Below are positions 24,123 to 34,487 of a stretch of DNA of 64,000 nucleotides, one piece after another. The notes beneath the pieces were generated by a model, which saw only the letters and a program-made list of their open reading frames with translations, was not told the DNA's origin and ran no database searches. The DNA is taken from assembly GCA_965112155.1 (NCBI GenBank), contig OZ218099.1. One strand, given 5' to 3'. The stretch's first letter is position 1, and each line of letters opens with the position of its first letter. The DNA comes from Podarcis liolepis. Taxonomy: Eukaryota. Both the position numbers and the translations under genes were made by a program.

Positions 24123-27100
24123 TATTTTATACAGGAAATGAGGTTGCTGCAGACTAGAGCCTGTGAGTGCTTGTTGATGCTTTGCTTTGCTGCAATTAGC
24201 TAGAAGCAGAATTAAAACCTAGGTTTCACATTGCGCTTGATGTAATGCTATAGTATCCAGCAATACCTTCCCCCGTGAGCAAAATCTTTCTGTAATATTT
24301 AGTGTTTTGCTATGAAAAATTAACAGAAAAACAGAGAACGAGTGAGAACAGAAACTGGGACTGGAACAATTGAGTTGCTTTTAATCCCCTGCCCCCCCCT
24401 CCGCCGCCGCCGCCACTTAATCAGCAAGAAAAAAACAAAAGGGCAAGGCTTATAAACAGGAAACTTTTAATTAAAAGCACAGAAACCCTGAAAAGCCTCA
24501 ATAATGTTTTGTCCATCCATGCTGCATGGACTCATGTAATTGGATTCTATTGCCGTTTTTAACAAATTGAAAAACTGTGAGTGGACAACACAGAAAACAC
24601 AGATTGTAGTACTTTCACAACAGTGCCATCTGATTTCTCCATACATAGTGGGTCATCAAAGGATGGGACATCAAGGGAAATGGGTCTGTGTGGCAGCTTC
24701 CTTAGTTTGGGATGTACCCAAGCAAAGTCAATTTCCCTTCTCATAGGCAGTAAATAGCTGAAAACAGAAGCTTGGTTTCAAAATCTTATTAATGCCTATG
24801 AAAAGCTTATCCATAATAGAATCAATCTTGTAAATGGGTACTTATACTGAAATATAATGGTGACTAATTAAATATTAACTCGGTCAATGTGGTTAGGCTC
24901 TGATACTTCCTACAAGTTGGCACATACTTGTGGCCTAATTATAACTTGACACACACAAAAAGAATAAGCACAAACTACAGGATATTTTTTCTTACGGATC
25001 CTTTGTAAGCCACAGAGCAACAAAATAAAACAGTTTGCTAAGGACAGAGTGATTTGGATATACCAAAGCTGAGAGGATTGAAATTGCCTGAAACAAAAAA
25101 ATGTAGGGTATAAAGGCAGCCCGAAGAGGATATTGTAAAAATGCACAAGATATTACAATTGTCAGGCACTCCTAGCAAGACTGAAACAACCTTGCCTCTC
25201 TTTCTGGATCACAGGCAGTAGGAGGACATCAGTATGTGTTCTGGATCTCAGATCCAGATGTGGTTCCTGCCTCAGATCAGTCACTCCTTTAGGAATGAAC
25301 AAATACACCAATATGGCTTCCATATAACCTCTCGTCTCTTGGCTGCATCACTGCACAAGCCTCTGTTTTTGTACTGGCTGCAGAATTTAGGCCACGGCTG
25401 CTTTCATGTGTGGCAGCGCGGAGGCAGGATGCTCTGCAGCAGATGCAGCAGAATCACAGCCTTTGGGCACATGACGCCTGCAGCATAGAGTAATGGCTCC
25501 ACAAAACCTTGTGGAACAGCAGCCTTTCCTGGAACAGCATCATATCAGTCCAGTGCCGCTGCTTGGCTCAGGCTGCAGTGTCTCCTTTCCTGGAAAAGCT
25601 GTTCCATTATTAATCAGGGTCCTACCGCTGTCACCAGTGGACAATGGAAGATTTTGCTTCCTTTTATTTACTCCTCTTATTCAGCAGTTCTCTCTCTCTC
25701 TCCTCTCTTTTTTACAGCTCAGCAGATTCATCAATGCAGAGGCATCAGCTGATAACACAACACGCATGCCACAGAGAGATAAAAGGGAAACATGGCCTCG
25801 CTGCTGTGTGCTGAAATATTGAAGTGAAAATGAGTGCACATTTTACTGCTTTCTTTCCATTCATTCCATCACATCAAGGTTTCCTCTGCTGCTAAAAACA
25901 GATTGGGGATTGGCAAGTAGAGCTGCTGCAAAATGCTGTTCCTCAGTTTGCTACCGTATTTGCAGGAGGGGAATTGGGGGCGGGATTTGCATCAGTTTTC
26001 TGGGGTGGCCAATTGTGTGTGTTTTTCTCTCTCTGTGTGTGTGTTTACATTAGGTGCATATGGTGTGGCAAGTAGTGGCAGCTTTCGACTTCCCCAGTGT
26101 GGTCCAACATTACAGAGGACAGTCCTCTGTTAGAGGGCTGTCCAGTCCAAGTCTGAGTTAATGACAAAGAACCCTAAGTGGCGAGACCAGGGGCCCTGGA
26201 GTTCTCTGTCAGCAGTTAGCACCTGGGCAGCAGACTGAGAAGGCACACGTTATGTAGTGCCTTCCCCACGATGGTGGGATGTACTGTATTTCTGTTTGTA
26301 TTATAGTAAGCACATTTTATGCAAATTGGTGTCCTCTTTTATCCGCTTTGGTAATGCAAATCCTTGCTTTAGGCAATCCATGACTCACCACCCTAATCTG
26401 CCACCCCGGTTCCTTGTCTTGGCAGAGCATGGGGAGGTGGCAAAGTGATGTATCTTAGCCAGACAGGAAGAGGAGCAAGAGCTCTTTTGGATGCCAGCCA
26501 CCATTTCCCATGCCCAGAAAGCCACTCGACATCAGGCTTAAAAGTTGGGACATGGAAACCTCACTCCCTTGCATCTCCTCAGGTGGCATCCTTGTATCAA
26601 AGCAGAACAGAAGCAAATGGCTGAATCGGATGTGATATCAGAAGAACAGCCTTCTGCCACAGAGGCCTATGAAGAAGTCAGAGACTCTAGACTTGGGTCA
26701 AAAGTGGATGCTTGTGTCTTGAAGCTGTGCATTGTACAGGAGGAGATGAATGTCATCCAGTAGTGGCTGGTGCCCATTGGTGGGGAGAAAGGCAGGAAGG
26801 CCACCAGTAGGTGGCACTAGAGCAAATGGCAGGTGGAACCAACTGCAGTATTCTAGTTTTGTCACCATCTTTTTGAGTTCTAAAAAGGCAACATTGAGAC
26901 CGAGGAGGAAGTTGAGAGCCAGGGCCACCCTGTGAACTGGTTGTAAGCAAGAAGGCAGGCAGACATAGGATGCTGGAGGACAAATTGAGGTTTGTGGGGC
27001 AGTGCCCCATTCACCCTTTGCTGCTGCCACCTCCCAATGTCCTCTGTGACCAGCATGCTCTTATCTATTATATTTATATCCTGCCTTCTCTCCAAGGATC

Positions 27101-27964
27101 TCAAGATAGTGCACATGGTCCTTGGAATAGTGGAATAGGAACAACTGAATTCCTTGGAAGAAAGCAAAAGCTTCCGTAGAACAGTGGCAGATCCTTTGGT
27201 ACGTAGCTGTCACCAGCCAGCTGATTCCCAGCCCTAGCAAACATGGTTTCTCCTGCCTTGGACAAATCCGCTGTAGCCTGAACTAGCCAGATAAAAGTCT
27301 TCAGGTGGCTCTTGCTGACAGCCTTCAATGGCTGGCCTCCTGAGCCAAGCCCCACGTGACCAAGGCGCCTAGGCTAGAGTCACGCAAGTGGAAGAATGTG
27401 TGTCTTTAAGGGATTTGTTTACTATTCAAATAGTAAAGAGAAACACTTTCCCCTTAAGCTGTTGCACCTCTTGTAAAGTTGGAGGTAAATAGAAGGTTGC
27501 CATTACTACTGGGGTCACGGATGCATAGGCTGTTGCAGGACATTAATGGCAATTGCATTGTGTCCTGGAAGCAGCAACCCCAGAGTGCTGTCACTTTGCC
27601 TTTTTGCAATTAGCAACAAGCAAGTGCAAACGCAACCAGGGCCAATTACACGCCAAGTGGTTTCGGAGGTTTGTAGGTAGGAACACATTTGTTCTGCTTA
27701 ACGTACTGGCTGTCAAGAAAGATGAGCAGAAATCCTTCTATGTTTATGACACGAACATGGCAAAACCACACTCTACCACCCTCAATGAAACTGCAGATTT
27801 CATAACAAGCAAGCCTGGTTTTCTTTGTCCTGTGATTTCACTCCGTAGTGGCTTGCACATTCTTAATTTGGCTACTACAAAAATCCATTAAAAAGCACAT
27901 CTCCACCCCACCCCAAAAAAGAAATATATAGTAGAGTAGGACACTCTTGGTCCCAGCATGCTCT

Positions 27965-28146
27965 TATCAATTGCATTTATATCCTGCCTTCTCTCCAAGG
28001 ATATCAAGATACTGCACATGGTCCTTCACTGTGACGTATTTTAGATGGAGAGATACTGATCGGTCCATGGTTGCCCCCAGGGAACTTCATGGTCAAATGG
28101 GGATCAAAACATGGGTACCTTCCATCATAGTTTACCATTCTACCAC
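27965..28146 (-). mobile_element. Degenerate MIR/CORE-like SINE
   Basis: The reverse complement has a tRNA-like head and the AAGGCAGGATATAAAT tail type seen in the 2313 element. Confidence 0.5.
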
Positions 28147-29209
28147 CTGCCCATTAGCTTCATGACTGAGCTGAATTTCCACCCTTCCTGGTATTTGACA
28201 CCTCTCCCTTCAGTATTACCCAAGACCACAGAACTCCATATTTTCCCACAAACATTTAGGCTACAATCCTTTGAACACTCATTTGGGAGCTGAACTCAGT
28301 GGGACTTGCTTTTCCGTAAACATGCAATTATCAGATAGGTTAACCCCTTAGTTCATTCCTCTTTTCCACACTGATTTCCATCTCTTGATTCTTCTCTTTA
28401 GTTCTACCTTTTATTCACAGCCTCAGCTATCTCAAGCTGCATTCCTTCTTGACAGTTCTGGATCACTGATAACTCCCTTCTGCCTGCCATATCTTTGGTA
28501 CACAGTTGCTCTATTTCTGGACTTGATGCTCCTGCTGCCTGCTTGCCCTTCTCTTCATGATGACTCCCAGCTATTGTGCCTCGCTGCCCCTGCACCACTC
28601 TCCTCACAAATACACACTCCTCCTCATGCCACTTTGTTTCTTCCCCCAGGTTTTCCCCCTTAGCTGCCACACCCAGACATGACTCAGATGTTTTGCCCAT
28701 TCTCACAAAATCTGTAAAGTCCTTGACGAGTTACCTGCCCCATGAAGAAGGTTAGACTGATACCTATTGGCTCAATTCAGATGCCATAGCCAAGGCTGTC
28801 AGAAATTTGCTCTCAGGCCTTCCTCCACCCCTCAGATGTGCCAATTCCATCCTCTGCTTCTTGGTTACCAAAGTGTGCCTTCGTCATAAAATCCAAAGCC
28901 ATGGTTTTTGAAGTGGATTTCCAATTTGGACAATTTTTGTTATGTTGGGAGGGGGTGTCAGTTTGGATGATGCCCGGAGTCCCTTCCAGTTCCTGGCATC
29001 CTGTGTCTGTGGTATTAGCAAGCTTGCCAAACCAGTTCCTTAATTAAGAAAATGGCTTTGGCTGGCTCATTAAGTACCATGATTAGGATAACCCAAAAAG
29101 TTGCCCTGTGCCATGGAACAAATGGGTGGGCCTTCAACCCTGTTCACCTGCTAGATAGGAGAATAACAGCAGAGATGTGTGCATGTGAATTAGAAGCTGA
29201 AGACACAGA

Positions 29210-29382
29210 CACATGTTTAATCTAAAGCTGTGACTATTGGAGGAGCAAGATATGTTGGGCTGTTAATGCTGTGAGCCCCTCCATCCTATGTTCAGCTTTT
29301 AGGGTGAGGAAACCAGTTTCTGGGTAAGTGCTTGGAACCCCTGGAATCTCTCACTGCTCAGAGATTGGGGTGGCATGTAACA
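29210..29382 (+). mobile_element. 3' part of a diverged LTR related to 1719-2285
   Basis: GGGTAAGTGCTTGGAACCCCTGGAATCTCTCACTGCTCAGAGATTGGGGTGGCATGTAACA matches the 3' end of the 1719-2285 element. The 5' boundary is uncertain. Confidence 0.5.
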
Positions 29383-31437
29383 GTATGGTTAGCAATAACC
29401 ATAGTTTGTGTTTGGATGCCATAGCAGACTATGGTTACAGCAAGCCAGGAAGGGGAGGAGAAATGTAGAGTGGGGAGTCGTGAGTCCATAGCACATCCCA
29501 ACCAACCAAACGGTTGTCCCTATAACCACCCAGTGTGCTTTCATCTGGCTGGTTCAGCCCACAGAGGATTTGTCAGTGATGGCAAGAGCTTCCTTAGAGG
29601 ACAGATATAAATGTCATAATATGCAAAGTAAAAAACAGGGCCACTGATAGACTTACACCTGAAAGCTCTGTGCATTCAGCTGACACTGTAGCTGTAAAGA
29701 GGCATAAGCCAGTACCAACCCCTTTCCCTTGAACTCTGATCTCTCCAGATGTATTGACAGAATCCTTTCTTTTAAAGACCGTAAGAATGGCATGCAGCAT
29801 AGGCATAATTCTGATGAAAGCAATTCCCACCAATAATCATCTATAGGTAGATAAAGTATGCGTGAAGTCATTTAAAAATGGAAAACCTAGCGTGATATGC
29901 TCCAAAGTACGCAGTAATGGCTGCAGGAGAAGACAGCAGATTTAGAGCTCTGCTAAAATAGCCACTTCTGGCATTAGTAGAGGTGGTGCTGCAGATAATT
30001 GCATATGGCATTCATTACAGATGTGTGTTATTGTTTGCCTGTGCTGCTATGTGTGAGAATATAAAACTGAAGGAAGGGCAAACTTATGGGGTTTTTTTTG
30101 TGCAAATACAATCACTCTAACAGATAATTTGTTTTTGCTTTTAAATGAACAGGTTTGGTATTATTGCCCAATATTGCCAAGGAAACTAGATTAATAAACC
30201 CAAGGGCTTCCAGGAGTCTGTTAGCCTTTTACGCTGGAAGATGGCAATTCCCTCACCCTATGTTAGAGCTGTGTAACGTGATACTTCCTTGCAAGTAACT
30301 CCTGTTGTCAAAATTCTCGTTTTTATCATTTTAGTTACCATTACGTTTATAACCCACTTTCCCTCCAGAGCATACATGGGGCTCCCCTCTCCCTTTTCAC
30401 AAGAACTCTGTGAGGTAATGTGCTGCAAAATGTACTTCGGCAAAGGAGAGATGTAAGGTGTCATCCTGAAATGGATACACAGGCTGTGTAGGTTGCATTT
30501 GCACAATGGGAGGGTGGAGCTCATACAGTGTGCATGTACCAACACCACCCCTTCTGCCATCCTCCTCATTTCCCCCTTAGATCGGGGGGGGGGGGTACCC
30601 GGGACCCTTGAAATGTTGCTGGGTGGGTAGGCAGGGGCTGGTGGGAGCTGGAATCCCACAACGAGTTTGTGGAAGGCTGCCCTTTAACAACCGGACAAGT
30701 TTTCCTTATCTAGAATGGTCAAGACAAGACTGAAGGCTGAGATCTGACAAATCTAGAGGGAAGACACTGAAGAGGAACAACCACCATAGGACCTGTGACA
30801 TTCTTTGTTGACACATCATGACAGTCACCAGAAACCTTCCTAGTGTTCCCCCATCTCCCCTCTTTTCTTCATAATGTTTTACAGTAAACCAAGTGTAGAG
30901 AATATTTGTTTTGTCATTTGAGGAAATGCAGAGCCGAGCTGGATGGAAATGGGCAGTTCTAACTCACCTAATGTAATCTGCTCCATCAGAGATTTGGAAG
31001 GCAATGTGTAGGCAGAATCTGAAAGACATAAGGTTGTGGCAAACCAGCAGGGCAAGCTGTGATATATTCAACAGGGAAGCTAACACCTACTTGCTGTTGT
31101 TGTTTCTCCTCACATTGTTTATAGACTCACACCCATAGATATGCACATTATCTTAATCACTGCAGAAGGGCAAGTAAAGCTGCATTCTGATCTAGTGTAG
31201 CAGCTAAGCAACCTCACTGAGTTTGATGTTCAAACAAGCCTTTTCACACCTGGCCCTTTTCATATGCATGTAGGAAAATACGTCTATGAACATGGCCTCC
31301 ATCATGGAAAAATCATGAATGCTGTCATTACGTGTCTGGTCACTGTCTTGTGTGGCTTCAGAATAAATGTAACAACTACAGCACAAATTAAAAATTCCTT
31401 CCAGTAGCACCTTAAAGACCAACTAAGTTAGTTCTTG

Positions 31438-31475
31438 GTATGAGCTTTCGTGTGCATGCACACTTCTTCAGATAC
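31438..31475 (-). ncRNA. Minimal type I hammerhead ribozyme motif (minus strand, identical copy)
   Basis: Exact reverse complement of 31497-31534. Confidence 0.75.
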
Positions 31476-31496
31476 ACAGATACACAGATACAGTGT

Positions 31497-31534
31497 GTAT
31501 CTGAAGAAGTGTGCATGCACACGAAAGCTCATAC
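31497..31534 (+). ncRNA. Minimal type I hammerhead ribozyme motif (plus strand)
   Basis: GUAU [stem I] CUGAAGA A GUGUGC-AU-GCACAC [stem II] GAA AGCU [palindromic mini stem III] C^ AUAC [stem I]. Predicted cleavage after C31530. Confidence 0.75.
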
Positions 31535-32719
31535 CAAGAACTAACTTAGTTGGTCTTTAAGGTGCTACTGGAAGGAATTTTTTATTTTGACTATGGCAGA
31601 CCAACACGGCTACCTATCTACTACTGGAACTACAGCACAATTACCATTTGCACACCCTTTTCATATTCCCATGGGTCTTTCCCCCTTGGCGAGAGGTGCG
31701 TTGCCTCGTTTTTTGTATGGTTAATTTCAAAGGTGGGGTGAGAGATGTGGGAGGAACATTATGGGAATTATATAAAACATCTATTGTTTGCCTCACTAAT
31801 AAAACAGGATCCAAACCAGTTTCCAGCCTCTGGCAACACTGCTGTTGGTGTAACAAATAATGTTGCTTTTCAAGTACATCTGGTCTGGTGATTTCAGCAA
31901 CACTTTGCTTCCCACATCTGACCTGTATACTATTTGCACTTTAAACTGATTTGTTTCTTATACTCATTGAGCATCCGACAGTAGCCTTTTGATCCTTTGA
32001 CCTCCCAAGACACACAGACTCCCTCAGATTTACTCAATTTCAATTTACTTAAGTATTTTATCACTTTCTCTCTCTCCCCCCTTTTAAAGAACTTTGTGTT
32101 CAAGATAATCAAGGGAAGGAAGCAAGGTCTGATTTTAATACATACTAGGCTTGTCTCGTTTAAAACTTTTTTTGTCATCCTCAATGCTTTAGCAATAAAG
32201 CAGTAAAAAATGTAATTGTTATCACTTACATTTATGAAAAATACTTCCAAAGTTGGTGTAGCTTATTACTACTTTTGAAAAAGAAAAGCTAGATAGAAAT
32301 GTTAAAGTAAATGAGGGACCATAGCTCCAGGGCCAGATTAATAGAGGCCCTGGCCTCTATTTAGAGGCCCTAAGCACTGAAAAGTTTATGGTGTCCACTA
32401 TATATAATTCAAAATAAATACAATACTAAATGGTAAAATAAATTTATATTTTCCAAACTTACACGTATGCTGAAATCTACATGCATGTATCTCATGTGCA
32501 ACACATTACAGTACAGGATCTGATTTTCTCAGATTATATTAATCTATGATAGTAGGATCTTTCCTGGTTTAGGTGAGGATAAGAAACAATAAAAGAACAG
32601 AAAAATGGGGGGAATTGTGTAATGGAGTGTAAGGAAGTCTAAGAAAGTTCAGGTTTTCCCCATAATGTCTTCTTGGATGCTTCAGTGCTTTCTCTGAAAT
32701 ATCAAATGTCAAATTCTTT

Positions 32720-32722
<3 letters not shown>

Positions 32723-32762
<40 letters not shown>
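32723..32762. repeat. (TG)20 microsatellite
   Basis: Read directly from the sequence. Confidence 0.95.
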
Positions 32763-32765
<3 letters not shown>

Positions 32766-32937
32766 CACTGCTTTGCTGGTGCCTAATCACATCCTTCATT
32801 TGCCTGCCTCTTGGGTAATCCAGCACTGCATAACTCAATGGTAAACGAGAGCATTTTTCAAGAAAAAGGCCCCAAGTGGGGCCAGGAAACACCTCTCTCT
32901 AAAACCCTGGACAGCTGCTGCCAAGTTCAGTGTAGAC

Positions 32938-33113
32938 CAGTGGTCTTTAACTGGTGGGTTGGGACCAGATAGTAGATTGTGGCATGATCCAAGTTGGGTC
33001 ACAACAGGATCACACCACTTTGCAAATATATGGTAAAAGATGAAGAAAGGGGTCCCCAAATGCCTGTTGGGGATAAAAGTAGGTCCTGAGTATGAAAAGG
33101 TTGAAGATATCTG
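32938..33113. mobile_element. hAT MITE nested in a plus-strand SINE (SINE ~32878-33171)
   Basis: CAGTGGTCTTTAAC...GTTGAAGATATCTG with perfect TSD GTGTAGAC (32930-32937, 33114-33121). Flanks rejoin as SINE body ...CAGTGTAGAC|AATACTGAGCTA...AAGGCAGCTTCCT. Confidence 0.85.
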
Positions 33114-34097
33114 GTGTAGACAATACTGAGCTAAATTATTTAGCCCAGTGGAAGGCAGCTTCCTGTGTTCCTAAATAAACGAATGAAACAATGGAGGTGA
33201 ATGAACGACTTATCATTAAATCCAAAGGCATTGCACCCATGTTACAGGCAAAAGTATCTAAAACCAAGGTGGTGTGCAGGCACACAACCAGGAACTGAGT
33301 AGATCCATACCTACTTAGCTTCAGCAAGGAAGGGGCCTCATGTGTCTCTTCATACCATTCCATGGAATTTTTATATTCCTTATCTGCCTTTCTTGATTTG
33401 AACAATAATTTCCTTACTCGTCTTTTGGACACTGGAAGCAAACTGGAGAGGGCAGTTAGGATAGTTAAAGAACTAAGAAAATGGTGGTGCAGTGGGAAGA
33501 ATATTAAAACTCTCTTTCAAATGCAAGGACTGTAGTTTGCTTCAAAAATGTCTGCATCTAATAATAAGTAGAAAACACAAGTGTTTTGTTTACTTCAGAA
33601 ATTATGCATACAGCCCCTGGAAACTGAGCATGGTGTTCAGGCAAGTATTTGCCGTAGTTATTATTAGATGCAGACATCTCTGAAACAAACCAGATTATAA
33701 ACAGCTTGTATCCTTCCCACCTTCTCCTGTGGGGGAAGACTGGAACTAAGCATCTTGATCTAACTCTATAGGTCCCAAGAAGGGGGTGGAAAATATAATC
33801 TAAGGAGTCGAAGATCTGGCCACATCCTCTAATATCCTGAGAGTTCGCGAATTATGATGCAGTTATTTCTGATACTGAATCAAAGGTTCTCTTAGGACCA
33901 CGCTTCACCACCCAATGAATCAACAGTATCTCCAGAACTGATCCCAGTCATTAAGGGCTGCTGAGAACATGGACCAAATCCTGATTCCTAAAATGATACT
34001 TCATAACTCATGGCACTGTTCCACCACATCTGTACGGTCCCTTTAGACAACTTTAGCTGCCCCCTGAAGCCAAAGTGTCTGCTTAGTTGCACTTATG

Positions 34098-34487
34098 TGT
34101 CATGGGTTAGGAGTCGGCCTTACCTGCTGAACAGCAGTTGGAAGGCGGAGAAGGCAGATTGACTCCACCTTCAGCTGTTCAGCCTTCAAGGACTCAGAGG
34201 AGAAGGCGCTAATGAGAACAAACTGGCTTCATCCTTCTTAAGCAGAACTTCCAGCAGCAGTCAGATGCTGGAAACAGCACATGTAGTTCCTCGTCCGACC
34301 TTCCTGCTTGTCCATTGCTCATTGGATTCCCTGACCCCTGAACCATCTAACCATGTGGATTACTGTTTGCCTGACCCTAGGACTGGATCTGACTTTGGAT
34401 GCTGACTCTGCCCCAGACACTTCTGGTTGGCTGGCCTCCCACTTCACTGAACTCTGCAGGTTGTGGCTCAGCAACGAGACTACAACA
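34098..34487 (+). mobile_element. Probable Gypsy-type solo LTR (390 bp)
   Basis: TGTCATGG...ACAACA termini flanked by a 5-bp near-TSD TTATG (34093-34097) / TCATG (34488-34492). Confidence 0.55.

Larger units (their letters stand above)
31387..31627 (+). mobile_element. Truncated Penelope-like retroelement insertion with inverted terminal duplication (89-bp perfect palindrome) and 13-bp TSD
   Basis: Arms 31390-31478 and 31494-31582 are exact reverse complements. Tail GACTATGGCAGACCAACACGGCTACC. TSD AACTACAGCACAA at 31374-31386 and 31628-31640. Each arm holds a minimal hammerhead motif, which is typical of Penelope-like elements. Confidence 0.8.

Noticed and set aside
24150-25900. TAAT-rich repeat-poor stretches resembling conserved non-coding elements
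   Set aside because: Impression only. Conservation cannot be assessed without alignments.
30968-31018. 51-nt minus-strand segment with good acceptor and donor (TTTCAG...AG|GTGAGT)
   Set aside because: Isolated, peptides unrecognisable, and such pseudo-exons are common. Transcript evidence would be needed.
31204-31741. Two divergent ORFs both starting MVFKVLLEGIF
   Set aside because: Artefact of the perfect palindrome (TTG start in each arm), not duplicated genes.
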